From Lachnospiraceae bacterium (GTDB taxonomy: Bacteria; Bacillota; Clostridia; Lachnospirales; Lachnospiraceae), in the NCBI GenBank assembly GCA_021200345.1, contig JAJQGR010000100.1, positions 1-39,157 of the forward strand: a stretch of 39,157 nucleotides of DNA. The letters are read 5' to 3'. This document shows positions 1 to 8,387 of the stretch, piece by piece. The notes beneath the pieces were generated by a model. That model searched no databases, was not told the origin of the DNA, and saw only the letters and a list, made by a program, of their open reading frames with translations. The position numbers and the translations under genes are program-made. The first letter of the stretch is position 1; each line of letters opens with the position of its first letter.

Positions 1-596
1 ATCCCATGGTGACCTCCTCCTCCACTCTGGCGGCCTACGGCGCCATCGGCGCGGGGATTCCGCCATACGAGATCAAACAGATTGTGACCGTGTGCAAGGC
101 TTACTCCTCCGCGGTGGGTGCGGGCGATTTTGTCTCTGAGATTTTCGGGGAGGAAGCACAGGAGCTGCGAAGACGCGGCGGCGATGGCGGAGAGTACGGC
201 GCTACCACAGGCCGGCCCAGAAGAGTGGGCTGGTTTGACTGTGTGGCCAGCAAATACGGCTGCCGCCTGCAGGGAACGACGGACGTGGCTTTTTCCGTGC
301 TGGATGTGCTGGGATATCTGGACGAAATCCCGGTGTGTGTGGGCTATGAGATCGACGGACAAATCACCACGGACTTCCCGGTGACCAGTAAGCTCCACAG
401 GGCAAAACCGGTGTGGAAGATTTTGCCGGGCTGGAAGTGCGATATTGCCGGGATCAGAGCCTATGAGGAGCTGCCGAAAGAGTGCCGGGATTATGTGGAA
501 TTTATTGAAGGGCAGATCGGCTATCCCATCACCATGGTCAGCAATGGGCCGTCCAGAACTGATATTATTTACAGAGAAAGTCCTTTAAAGAAATGA
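1..596 (+). CDS. purA: adenylosuccinate synthetase, C-terminal part (5' end lies upstream of the window)
   Basis: The frame is open from the window edge. The translation carries the PurA C-terminal region (GATTGRPRRVGWFD..., LPGW...). Stop at 594-596. Confidence 0.9.
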   Translation, partial: PMVTSSSTLAAYGAIGAGIPPYEIKQIVTVCKAYSSAVGAGDFVSEIFGEEAQELRRRGGDGGEYGATTGRPRRVGWFDCVASKYGCRLQGTTDVAFSVLDVLGYLDEIPVCVGYEIDGQITTDFPVTSKLHRAKPVWKILPGWKCDIAGIRAYEELPKECRDYVEFIEGQIGYPITMVSNGPSRTDIIYRESPLKK

Positions 597-735
597 AATA
601 CTGTGAATAGTCACCTGACAACACTTGACAACATTTCAGGATGCCAAAGGTGCCCGAAACGGGCGCCTCTGGCTCTCATACATCTTTTAAATATTCGCTT
701 TGCAATTTACAATTTCATATCGGGAGGAAAATCAT

Positions 736-1059
736 ATGGTCACAATCAACAAAGAAACCCCATTACAGGATATCGGAGGCGGAGTTGTCAGAAAAATTCT
801 GTCCCATGCCCCTAATTTAATGACAGTAGAACTACATTTTGACAAAGGAAGCGTGGGAGCGCCTCATTCCCATCCCCATGAACAGATTGGTTATATTATC
901 AGCGGAAAGCTGGAGTATATGGAAAATGGAGAGAAACGGGTGCTTGAGACAGGCGATACCTACTATGTGGCCCCCAATGTGGTTCATGGCGTGGTGGCAT
1001 TGGAGGAGACAAAATTACTGGATATTTTTACGCCTGAGAGAGAGGATTTTTTAAAATAG
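736..1059 (+). CDS. small cupin-domain protein (107 aa)
   Basis: Cupin motifs G(x)5HxH(x)3-4E (GAPHSHPHEQIGY) and a second His motif (YYVAPNVVHGV). ATG at 736 follows GGGAGGA (722-728). The track start at 700 has no RBS. Confidence 0.8.
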   Translation: MVTINKETPLQDIGGGVVRKILSHAPNLMTVELHFDKGSVGAPHSHPHEQIGYIISGKLEYMENGEKRVLETGDTYYVAPNVVHGVVALEETKLLDIFTPEREDFLK

Positions 1060-1081
1060 TAAATTATAGAGGAGAAAATAA

Positions 1082-2851
1082 ATGAGGGAAAAATATGAGT
1101 CGCTGAGCCTTGCGGAGTTAAAAGAGGTGGCGAAGTTCAGAGGGCTGCGCGGCGTTTCCGCCATGAAAAAAGCGGACATCGTGAACGCCATGCTGGAGCT
1201 GGACGAAAAGGAGCGGCTGCACAAAGAAGAAATGGCGTCCACACAAGCGGCAGCTTCAGAGCACACTGCGTCAGAAAGGCCAACGACCGCAGAGAAACCG
1301 CCGGCGTCAGAAAAGCCGACGACCGCGGAGAAACTGCCGGCGTCAGAAAGGCCAGCGACCGCGGAGAAACCGTCAGCGTCAGAAAGGCCGTCAGCCACAG
1401 AGAGAGCATCAGCACCGGAAAGATCATCGGCTGCAGAAAGGCCGACTGCGCCGGGAAAAGCGGCACCGGGCAGAACGGGGGCAAACAGAACCGCAGGCAA
1501 AAGAACCGTCGGCCGGCCGGGCGGGAGAATCTCTGTGTCAAGGTCGGCGGAAAAGCACTCTGCGCAGGAGCAGCCTGCTGAGGAGAAAACAGTGGATCCC
1601 GGGTATGGGACCGGAAGACAGGAAGCGCCCACACAGGCCCAGGTGGAGGAAGCTGCCGCCCAGCAGATGGAATTTGCCCAGACCGCGCCCAGAAAGTCCT
1701 TTGAGAATGGCGGCTCCGAGTTAGACAGCGGGGTGGAAGTCCGCGGAATTCTGGAGGTCATGCCGGATGGCTTTGGCTTTATCAGAAGCGACAATTATAT
1801 GCCCGGGGATCAGGACGTGTATGTGTCGCCAAATCAGATCAGGCGCTTTAATTTAAAGACCGGAGATGTGCTCTGCGGCAATACAAGAGTGAAAATAGAC
1901 AAGGAAAAATATCGGGCCTTACTCTATGTCAAGAATGTCAATGGCTACCATCCTGATGTGGTGGCGAAACGTCCCAATTTTGAGGATCTGACTCCCATTT
2001 TCCCGGATGAGCGTCTGGTCATGGAGCATCCGGGCTGCAATGTGGCCATGCGGGTCATGGACTTACTCAGTCCCGTGGGAAAGGGGCAGCGCGGAATGAT
2101 TGTGTCCCCGCCGAAGGCCGGGAAAACCACCCTGCTCAAGGCGGTGGCCCAGGCTGTGATTCACAATAATCCGGATGTACATCTGATTATTTTGCTGATC
2201 GATGAGCGTCCTGAGGAAGTGACGGACATGAAAGAGGCCATTCAGGGGCATAACGTGGAAGTCATTCACTCTACCTTCGACGAGATGCCGGAGCACCATA
2301 AGCGGGTGGCGGAGATGACCATCGGCCGGGCAAAAAGGCTGGTGGAGCAGAAACAGGACGTCTGCATCCTTCTGGACAGTATCACACGTCTGACCAGAGC
2401 TTACAATCTGACTGTCCAGCCCAGCGGACGCACGCTTTCCGGCGGTCTGGATCCGGCGGCCCTGTATATGCCCAAGCGGTTTTTCGGCGCGGCCAGAAAT
2501 ATGAGAGAGGGCGGCAGTCTGACGATCCTGGCCACGGCCCTGGTGGACACCGGTTCCAAAATGGACGATGTGGTATATGAGGAATTCAAGGGTACCGGCA
2601 ACATGGAAATCATTCTGGACAGAAAGCTTTCGGAGAAGCGCATTTTCCCGGCCATCGATATTCCCAAGTCCGGCACCAGGAGAGAGGATCTGCTTTTGTC
2701 CAAAGAGGAACAGGAGGCCGTAACCATGCTGCGGCGTGGGTTAAACGGCATGAAGCCGGATGAAGCGGTGGACAGAATTCTGGATTTATTTTCCCATACG
2801 AGAAATAATGCGGAGTTTGTGCAGATCGTGAAGAAGCAGAGGATGTTCTGA
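1082..2851 (+). CDS. rho: transcription termination factor Rho with a ~165-aa low-complexity N-terminal insertion
   Basis: Rho_N/SAP-like start (LSLAELKEVAKFRGLRGVSAMKKADIVNAML). CSD-like RNA-binding domain (GILEVMPDGFGFIRSDNY...). Walker A (PPKAGKTT) and a conserved C-terminal ATPase. RBS GAGGAG at 1069-1074. Confidence 0.97.
   Translation: MREKYESLSLAELKEVAKFRGLRGVSAMKKADIVNAMLELDEKERLHKEEMASTQAAASEHTASERPTTAEKPPASEKPTTAEKLPASERPATAEKPSASERPSATERASAPERSSAAERPTAPGKAAPGRTGANRTAGKRTVGRPGGRISVSRSAEKHSAQEQPAEEKTVDPGYGTGRQEAPTQAQVEEAAAQQMEFAQTAPRKSFENGGSELDSGVEVRGILEVMPDGFGFIRSDNYMPGDQDVYVSPNQIRRFNLKTGDVLCGNTRVKIDKEKYRALLYVKNVNGYHPDVVAKRPNFEDLTPIFPDERLVMEHPGCNVAMRVMDLLSPVGKGQRGMIVSPPKAGKTTLLKAVAQAVIHNNPDVHLIILLIDERPEEVTDMKEAIQGHNVEVIHSTFDEMPEHHKRVAEMTIGRAKRLVEQKQDVCILLDSITRLTRAYNLTVQPSGRTLSGGLDPAALYMPKRFFGAARNMREGGSLTILATALVDTGSKMDDVVYEEFKGTGNMEIILDRKLSEKRIFPAIDIPKSGTRREDLLLSKEEQEAVTMLRRGLNGMKPDEAVDRILDLFSHTRNNAEFVQIVKKQRMF
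1268..1447 (+). repeat. five in-frame 36-bp tandem repeats inside rho, plus one degenerate copy to ~1483, encoding 12-aa units of the type ASERPTTAEKPP
   Basis: Direct reading shows units starting with gcgtcagaaa at 1268, 1304, 1340 and 1376 and a diverged unit at 1412. The period is exactly 36 nt and in frame with rho. Confidence 0.9.
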
Positions 2852-2919
2852 TTTTTCTGTGAACAGGGGCGGCTTTCATCATAAAGCTGAAAAATAAATA
2901 AATATTTTTTCAAAAAGGC

Positions 2920-2948
2920 TTGCAAAAACATTATTGGAATGCTATCAT
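2920..2948 (+). promoter_or_regulatory. candidate sigma-A promoter for rpmE
   Basis: TTGCAA (2920-2925), 17-nt spacer, TATCAT (2943-2948). A short CTGTCT/AGACAG leader hairpin follows. Confidence 0.45.
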
Positions 2949-3016
2949 GAATAAGCTGTCTTTTGGAGACAGTCTGGATGGGAACGACTATTTATCATAT
3001 AGAGAGGTGAGGTACG

Positions 3017-3217
3017 ATGAAAGAGGGAATACATCCTAAATATTATCAGGCGACAGTTACCTGCAACTGCGGCAATACGTTTGTGACCGGTTCTACCAGG
3101 CCGGAGATCCACGTAGAGATTTGTTCCAAGTGTCATCCGTTTTATACCGGACAGCAGAAAGCAGCTCAGGCTCGTGGACGTATTGATAAGTTCAACAGAA
3201 AATACGGAATGCAGTAG
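3017..3217 (+). CDS. rpmE: 50S ribosomal protein L31 (Cys-containing, zinc-type form)
   Basis: [10 protein letters not shown]... is the L31 signature. Cys pairs CNCG and CSKC are present. RBS GAGGTGAGG lies upstream. Confidence 0.97.
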   Translation: MKEGIHPKYYQATVTCNCGNTFVTGSTRPEIHVEICSKCHPFYTGQQKAAQARGRIDKFNRKYGMQ

Positions 3218-3234
3218 GCGGTTGAAAAGATTGG

Positions 3235-3266
3235 GGTTGAGGTGTGTTTCATCTCAACCTTTTTTC
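3235..3266 (+). terminator. rho-independent terminator after rpmE
   Basis: GGTTGAGGTG (3235-3244) pairs with CATCTCAACC (3250-3259) at 9 of 10 positions. TTTTTT follows at 3260-3265. Confidence 0.8.
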
Positions 3267-3286
3267 ATTATAGGAGAGAGAAAGCG

Positions 3287-4573
3287 ATGTCACGGAAAAA
3301 GACAAAGCAGCGTTACTGCGGCATTGGCGGTCAGGCCGTTCTTGACGGCATCATGATGCGCAACGGTGCGGATTTCGCTATTGCGGTCCGAAAACCGGAC
3401 GGTACCATTGCACTGGAAAAAAAGACGGATAAGAAAAAGAAAAAAAACAGATTATCCGAAATTCCCTTTATCAGAGGAGTGGTCAATTTTATAGACAGTC
3501 TGGTGGTGGGATTTACAAGTCTGAACTTTTCCGCCGAGGTGGGCATGGAGGATGATGAGGAGGAACCGGGCAGGTTTGAGCTCTTTTTGAAAAAGCATTT
3601 TGGTGACAGGGCGAATGATATCATTATGACCTGCACGGTCATTGCCGCTGTGATTCTGGCAGTGGCGGTTTTTATTCTGCTGCCCTATGGACTGAGCGCT
3701 CTGTTGAGTCAGTTGATTCGCAGCAAAATGATACTCTCCATCTTTGAGGGAGTGCTCCGGCTGGCCATTTTTATTGCGTATGTGGCGCTGATCGGACTGA
3801 TGGACGACATTGACAGAATGTACATGTATCACGGAGCGGAACACAAATGCATCAACTGTATTGAAAGGGGAAAGCCGCTGACAGTGCCGAATGTACGCCG
3901 CTCCAGCAGGCTGCATCCCCGCTGCGGCACCAGCTTCATGCTGTATGTGATGGTGATTTCCTGTGTGCTGTTTTTCTTTATCCAGGTGTCCAATCCGCTT
4001 CTGAAGCTGGTATATCGTCTGCTGCTGATTCCGGTGATCGCGGCGGTCTCCTACGAACTGATCCGGCTGGCAGGGCGAAGCTCCAATCCGATTGTAAAGC
4101 TTTTGAATCTGCCCGGGCTGGGAATGCAGAAGCTCAGCACCAGAGAACCGGAGGACAGTATGATTGAGGTGGCGATCCAGGCGGTGGAGGCAGTGTTTGA
4201 CTGGAGAGCATACCAGGAGGCCACCTTCGGACCGCAGGAGGCCCAGGAGGAAGACGGGGAAGATTCAGAATACGACTACGACTATGACGATGATGACGCC
4301 TATGATGATGTTTATGACGAGGATGAAGAATATTACGAAGAGGGTGACGGCGTTTACAACGGGGACGATGAATATTACGAAGAGGATGACGGCGTTTACA
4401 ACGGGGATGACGAGTATTCTGAGGAGGACGATGCCTGTGACGATGTTTATGATGACCAGGCGTATGGTTTAGAGCCGGAGAAGGCCAGGGAGGCTTCCAA
4501 GGACAGCGAAAAGATTCGCAGTGAGGAGGAGGCAGGCAGAGAGATTGAGGAGCTTCTGGAGAATGACTTATGA
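3287..4573 (+). CDS. DUF1385-family membrane protein (the conserved prmC-upstream gene) with a ~115-aa hyper-acidic C-terminal tail
   Basis: GGQAVLDGIMMRNG and YHGAEHK motifs plus hydrophobic segments typical of DUF1385. ATG at 3287 follows AGGAGAGAG. The gene overlaps the prmC start by 11 nt. Confidence 0.85.
   Translation: MSRKKTKQRYCGIGGQAVLDGIMMRNGADFAIAVRKPDGTIALEKKTDKKKKKNRLSEIPFIRGVVNFIDSLVVGFTSLNFSAEVGMEDDEEEPGRFELFLKKHFGDRANDIIMTCTVIAAVILAVAVFILLPYGLSALLSQLIRSKMILSIFEGVLRLAIFIAYVALIGLMDDIDRMYMYHGAEHKCINCIERGKPLTVPNVRRSSRLHPRCGTSFMLYVMVISCVLFFFIQVSNPLLKLVYRLLLIPVIAAVSYELIRLAGRSSNPIVKLLNLPGLGMQKLSTREPEDSMIEVAIQAVEAVFDWRAYQEATFGPQEAQEEDGEDSEYDYDYDDDDAYDDVYDEDEEYYEEGDGVYNGDDEYYEEDDGVYNGDDEYSEEDDACDDVYDDQAYGLEPEKAREASKDSEKIRSEEEAGREIEELLENDL
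4328..4411 (+). repeat. two 42-bp in-frame tandem repeats (a third copy is degenerate) encoding EYYEE(G/D)DGVYNGDD in the DUF1385 tail
   Basis: gaatattacgaagagggtgacggcgtttacaacggggacgat (4328-4369) is followed by a near-identical copy at 4370-4411. Confidence 0.9.
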
Positions 4574-5426
4574 GGAAGCTTTTCGAAAGGGCGCTGCACT
4601 TTTAAAAAGGGCAGGGGTGGAGGAATATGCGCTGGATGCCAGGCTTTTGCTGGAGGATTGCTGCGGCGTGAGCTATCAGGATTTGCTGGTTTATGGGGAC
4701 AGGGAGCTGAATGAAAGCGGGGAGGGGGCCTATTTTCAGGCGATTGCCCGCAGAGAACAGCGGATTCCCCTGCAGCAGATCATGGGAATACAGCAGTTCA
4801 TGGGTCTGCCTTTTTTTGTCAGTGAGGATGTGCTGATTCCCAGGCAGGATACGGAGATACTGGTGGAAGAGGCGCTGAAGGTTTTAAAGCCGGGGATGGA
4901 AATCCTGGATTTGTGCACCGGAAGCGGCTGTATTTTGCTGAGCCTGCTCTATTACAGCGAGGAATGCGTCGGGCTGGGAACGGATCTTTCCGGGAAGGCG
5001 CTGCTGGCAGCGATGAGAAACAGGGACCATATACAGGGCCTGTGTGGCGCCAGTGGGAAAAAAGCGATCAGGGCAGGCTTTCGGGAGAGCGATCTTTTTG
5101 CTTCCGTCACAGGCTGCTTTGATGTGATTGTGTCCAATCCGCCCTATATTGCTTCCCGGGTGATTGATACCCTGGAGCCGGAGGTGCGCGTTTATGAACC
5201 CAGGCTGGCGCTGGACGGCGGCAGCGACGGTCTGTTTTTTTATCGGGAAATACTTCCTGAGAGCAGGGAGCATTTAAATGAGGGAGGATGGATTTTCCTG
5301 GAGATTGGTCACGATCAGGGAGAGGCGGTCAGCAATCTGATGCGTGCGGCCGGATTTGATCAGGTCCGTGTGACCAGGGATCTGGCGGGACTTGACCGGG
5401 TGGTTTCAGGAAAATGGACGAGATGA
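4563..5426 (+). CDS. prmC: peptide chain release factor N5-glutamine methyltransferase
   Basis: NPPY motif (VSNPPYI), SAM-binding [10 protein letters not shown], and a position directly upstream of prfA. I chose the ATG at 4563 (MTYEEAF...). The track start at 4521 lies inside the upstream gene. Confidence 0.92.
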   Translation: MTYEEAFRKGAALLKRAGVEEYALDARLLLEDCCGVSYQDLLVYGDRELNESGEGAYFQAIARREQRIPLQQIMGIQQFMGLPFFVSEDVLIPRQDTEILVEEALKVLKPGMEILDLCTGSGCILLSLLYYSEECVGLGTDLSGKALLAAMRNRDHIQGLCGASGKKAIRAGFRESDLFASVTGCFDVIVSNPPYIASRVIDTLEPEVRVYEPRLALDGGSDGLFFYREILPESREHLNEGGWIFLEIGHDQGEAVSNLMRAAGFDQVRVTRDLAGLDRVVSGKWTR

Positions 5427-5467
5427 GCTGCCGGACAGGATACTGTCGGGGAGATGGAGGAAAGAAG

Positions 5468-6544
5468 ATGTTTGACAGACTGGACGATTTGTTGAATCGT
5501 TTTGAGGAAATTTTAAATGAATTAAATGAGCCCACTGTCACGGCCAATCAGGAGCGCTTCCGGAAGCTGATGAAGGAGCAGAGCGACCTGACGCCGGTGG
5601 TGGAAACCTATAAAAGCTATAAAAAGGCAAAGCAGGATGTGGAGGATTCTCTGGCCATGCTGGAGGAGGAATCCGACGAGGAGATGCGGGAACTGTTAAA
5701 AGAAACTCTTTCCGACAGCAGGAAAGAGGTGGAGGAGCTGGAGCAGAAGCTGAAGATCCTGCTTTTGCCCAGGGATCCCAATGATGATAAAAATGTGATT
5801 ATGGAGATTCGCGGAGGAGCCGGCGGGGATGAGGCGGCTCTTTTTGCGGCGGAGCTTTATCGCCTGTATGTAAAATATGCTCTGAGCAGGGGCTGGAAAG
5901 TGGAGACGCAATACGCCGACGAGAGCGGAATCGGCGGCATGAAAGAGGTGAATTTTCAGATTTCCGGGAAAGGCGCTTATTCCAGGCTGAAATATGAATC
6001 CGGGGTACACCGGGTTCAGAGAGTGCCTGAGACCGAGTCCGGCGGACGGATCCATACCTCCACGGCTACCGTGGCGGTGATGCCGGAGGCGGATGAGGAC
6101 ATTGACATTGTGATTGACGACAAGGATATCCGCATTGATGTGATGCGGGCCTCCGGCAATGGCGGACAGTGCGTCAATACCACCGATTCCGCGGTGCGCC
6201 TGACACATTATCCCACCGGAATTGTGGTTTACTCCCAGACAGAGAAGAGCCAGCTGCAGAATAAGGCCAAGGCCTTTGCTCTGCTGAAATCCAAGCTCTA
6301 CGACATCGAGCAGCAAAAGCAGCATGACGCGGAGGCGCAGCTGCGCCGCAGCCAGATTGGTACCGGCGACCGTTCCGAGAAAATCCGTACCTATAATTTC
6401 CCTCAGGGGCGGGTCACTGACCATCGCATCGGCCTGACGCTTTACAAGCTGGACAAGGTCATGGACGGCGACATCGATGAAATTCTGGATGCCTGCATCG
6501 CCGCGGACCAGGCCGCCAAGCTGGTGAAGATGAGTGAGAGATAA
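5468..6544 (+). CDS. prfA: peptide chain release factor 1
   Basis: GGQ motif ([16 protein letters not shown]) and an RF1-type PxT region (RVPETES). ATG at 5468 follows GGAGATGGAGGAAAG. Confidence 0.97.
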   Translation: MFDRLDDLLNRFEEILNELNEPTVTANQERFRKLMKEQSDLTPVVETYKSYKKAKQDVEDSLAMLEEESDEEMRELLKETLSDSRKEVEELEQKLKILLLPRDPNDDKNVIMEIRGGAGGDEAALFAAELYRLYVKYALSRGWKVETQYADESGIGGMKEVNFQISGKGAYSRLKYESGVHRVQRVPETESGGRIHTSTATVAVMPEADEDIDIVIDDKDIRIDVMRASGNGGQCVNTTDSAVRLTHYPTGIVVYSQTEKSQLQNKAKAFALLKSKLYDIEQQKQHDAEAQLRRSQIGTGDRSEKIRTYNFPQGRVTDHRIGLTLYKLDKVMDGDIDEILDACIAADQAAKLVKMSER

Positions 6545-6565
6545 TACAGATGATGAGGAAAAAGG

Positions 6566-7036
6566 ATGAATATACGAAGAGCGACGGCCGCGGATATGCC
6601 GGGTCTGAATAAGCTTTTATATCAGGTGCTGATGGTACACCACAACGGCAGGCCGGATTTATTTAAGCCAAATGTAAAAAAATATACGGATGAGGAGCTC
6701 AAAGACCTGCTGGAGGATGAGAGGCGTCCGGTTTTTGCGGCGCTGGATGAAAAGAATCAGGTGCTGGGATATGCTTTCTGTATTCTGGAGGAGTATGTGA
6801 ACGACAACACGCATCCGGACATGAAGACTCTCTATATCGATGATCTGTGCGTGGATGAAGAGGTCAGAGGGCAGCATATCGGGGAAACTCTGTATGAGTA
6901 TGTGCTGGATTACGCCAGAGGAATCGGCTGCTACAATGTGACACTGAATGTATGGAGCTGCAACCCGGGCGCCATGAAATTTTATGAGAAATGCGGCCTT
7001 GTTCCCTACAAAGTAGGTATGGAAAAGGTACTATAA
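6566..7036 (+). CDS. GNAT-family N-acetyltransferase
   Basis: 156 aa. Acetyl-CoA-binding motif region (LCVDEEVRGQHIGETLY) and C-terminal FYEKCG. Confidence 0.85.
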   Translation: MNIRRATAADMPGLNKLLYQVLMVHHNGRPDLFKPNVKKYTDEELKDLLEDERRPVFAALDEKNQVLGYAFCILEEYVNDNTHPDMKTLYIDDLCVDEEVRGQHIGETLYEYVLDYARGIGCYNVTLNVWSCNPGAMKFYEKCGLVPYKVGMEKVL

Positions 7037-7073
7037 AATACGGAACAAAAAACAACACGAAGGAGACTTTTTT

Positions 7074-8387
7074 ATGTGGGCTGAAGAAAGTGTTTTTTAT
7101 CAGATTTATCCGCTGGGCTTTTGCGGCGCGCCGTTTGAAAACGATGGAGTTGCCGGACACCGGATTTTAAAGGTCATTGACTGGATTCCGCATCTGGAAA
7201 AGCTGGGCGTGAACGCGGTTTATTTTTCACCATTGTTTGAATCCGATACGCATGGCTATAACACCAGGGATTATCGCAGGATTGATACCCGTCTGGGAGA
7301 TGAGGCGGATATGAAAAAGGTGGTGCAGGAATTGCATTCCCATGGCATCCGGGTGGTGCTGGACGGTGTGTTCAACCACGTGGGCCGGGGCTTTTGGGCT
7401 TTTCTGGATGTGCTGCAAAACAGGGAGAATTCTCCGTACAGGGACTGGTTTTACCGCATTGATTTTCAGGGAAATTCGCCTTTCAACGACGGACTGTGGT
7501 ACGAGGGCTGGGAGGGCTGCTATGATCTGGTGAAATTAAACCTGCGCAATCCCCAGGTGGTGGATTATCTGCTGGAGTGCGTCAGCTTCTGGGTGGACAC
7601 CTGGAATATTGACGGACTGCGTCTGGATGTGGCCTATAGCCTGGATCTGGATTTCCTCAAAAGGCTGCGGGCTCACTGCAATAATATGAAGCAGGATTTC
7701 TTCCTGGTGGGGGAGGTGCTTCATGGGGATTACAACCGTATCATGAATCCGGAAATGCTGCACTCTGTCACCAATTATGAGTGCTATAAGGGCCTCTATT
7801 CCAGCTTCAACAGCATGAATATGTTTGAAATTGTGCATTCTCTGAACCGGCAGTTTGGGCCGGAGCAGTGGTGCCTTTATAAGGGAAAGCATCTGCTTAA
7901 TTTTGTGGACAACCATGATGTGTCCAGAATCGCCAGTACTTTACTCAATGAGAAGCATCTGCCCTTAATTTACGCTCTGCTGTTTGGTATGCCCGGCATT
8001 CCCTGCCTGTATTACGGCAGCGAGTGGGGGACAAAAGCCAGTAAGAGTGAAGGGGATCCGGCCCTTCGTCCGGCTTTCGATGAACCGGAATGGAATGAAC
8101 TGACCGGGTGGATCAGCAGGCTTTCTGCGGCAAAGAAAAATTCCAGAGCGCTCAATTATGGGACTTTCCGCTCAGTACTTTTGACCAATAAGCAATGTAT
8201 TTTTGAGCGAAAATGCGACAGTGAGAGAGTGCTGGTGGCGATCAACGCGGATGAGACGGAGTATGTGGCTCACTTTGACGCCGGCTGTGGCCTGGCTCAG
8301 GACCTGATCACCGGCCAGACACATGATTTTGGCGGCGGCAGCCATCTGCCGCCTTACAGTGCCGCTTTCTGGAGGTGTGAGAGATGA
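7074..8387 (+). CDS. cytoplasmic GH13 (alpha-amylase family) glycoside hydrolase
   Basis: GH13 regions I-IV are present: VVLDGVFNHVG, GLRLDVAYSL, FLVGEVLH, FVDNHDVSR. No signal peptide. The stop overlaps the next start (ATGA at 8384-8387). Confidence 0.9.
   Translation: MWAEESVFYQIYPLGFCGAPFENDGVAGHRILKVIDWIPHLEKLGVNAVYFSPLFESDTHGYNTRDYRRIDTRLGDEADMKKVVQELHSHGIRVVLDGVFNHVGRGFWAFLDVLQNRENSPYRDWFYRIDFQGNSPFNDGLWYEGWEGCYDLVKLNLRNPQVVDYLLECVSFWVDTWNIDGLRLDVAYSLDLDFLKRLRAHCNNMKQDFFLVGEVLHGDYNRIMNPEMLHSVTNYECYKGLYSSFNSMNMFEIVHSLNRQFGPEQWCLYKGKHLLNFVDNHDVSRIASTLLNEKHLPLIYALLFGMPGIPCLYYGSEWGTKASKSEGDPALRPAFDEPEWNELTGWISRLSAAKKNSRALNYGTFRSVLLTNKQCIFERKCDSERVLVAINADETEYVAHFDAGCGLAQDLITGQTHDFGGGSHLPPYSAAFWRCER

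Noticed and set aside
649-667. GC-rich hairpin GGTGCCCG-AAA-CGGGCGCC after purA as a terminator
   Set aside because: It has a 3-nt loop and no adjacent T-run (the next T-rich stretch is ~20 nt away). It may be a weak terminator or processing site, but the support is too thin to annotate.
1268-1483. Regularly spaced direct repeats that might suggest a CRISPR array or satellite (also 4328-4411)
   Set aside because: The repeats are contiguous with no spacers. Their periods (36 and 42 nt) are multiples of three and in frame inside well-supported genes. No cas genes are present.
1232-1730. Prion-like domain in Rho, as described for Clostridium botulinum
   Set aside because: The insertion is rich in S/A/E/R/K/P and G/R and is not Q/N-rich, so that analogy is not supported by composition. 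It is reported only as a repeat-built disordered insertion.
1051-1794. 247-aa and 165-aa minus-strand ORFs across the rho insertion region
   Set aside because: They lie in the GC-rich, stop-poor 36-bp repeat region. Their S/A/G/P-rich translations are mirror images of the repeats. rho on the sense strand is unambiguous.
3242-3286. Upstream extensions of track ORFs (3242, 4521, 5414, 13594, 19249, 20018, 21800, 28383, 32482, 34777, 37383)
   Set aside because: The extensions run through terminators or promoters, or overlap the preceding gene, and they lack Shine-Dalgarno sites. Downstream ATGs with GGAGG-like RBS at proper spacing give N-termini matching the protein families (for example MFDRLDDLL for RF1, MSLIKKP for AhpC, MKKRILSLL signal peptide).
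4164-4472. 102-aa +strand ORF (MRWRSRRW...TTTMTMMTPMMM...) overlapping the DUF1385 tail
   Set aside because: It is an alternative reading frame of the GA-rich acidic repeat region. It has no RBS and a repetitive T/M/R composition produced by frame-shifted GAT/GAC/GAA codons.
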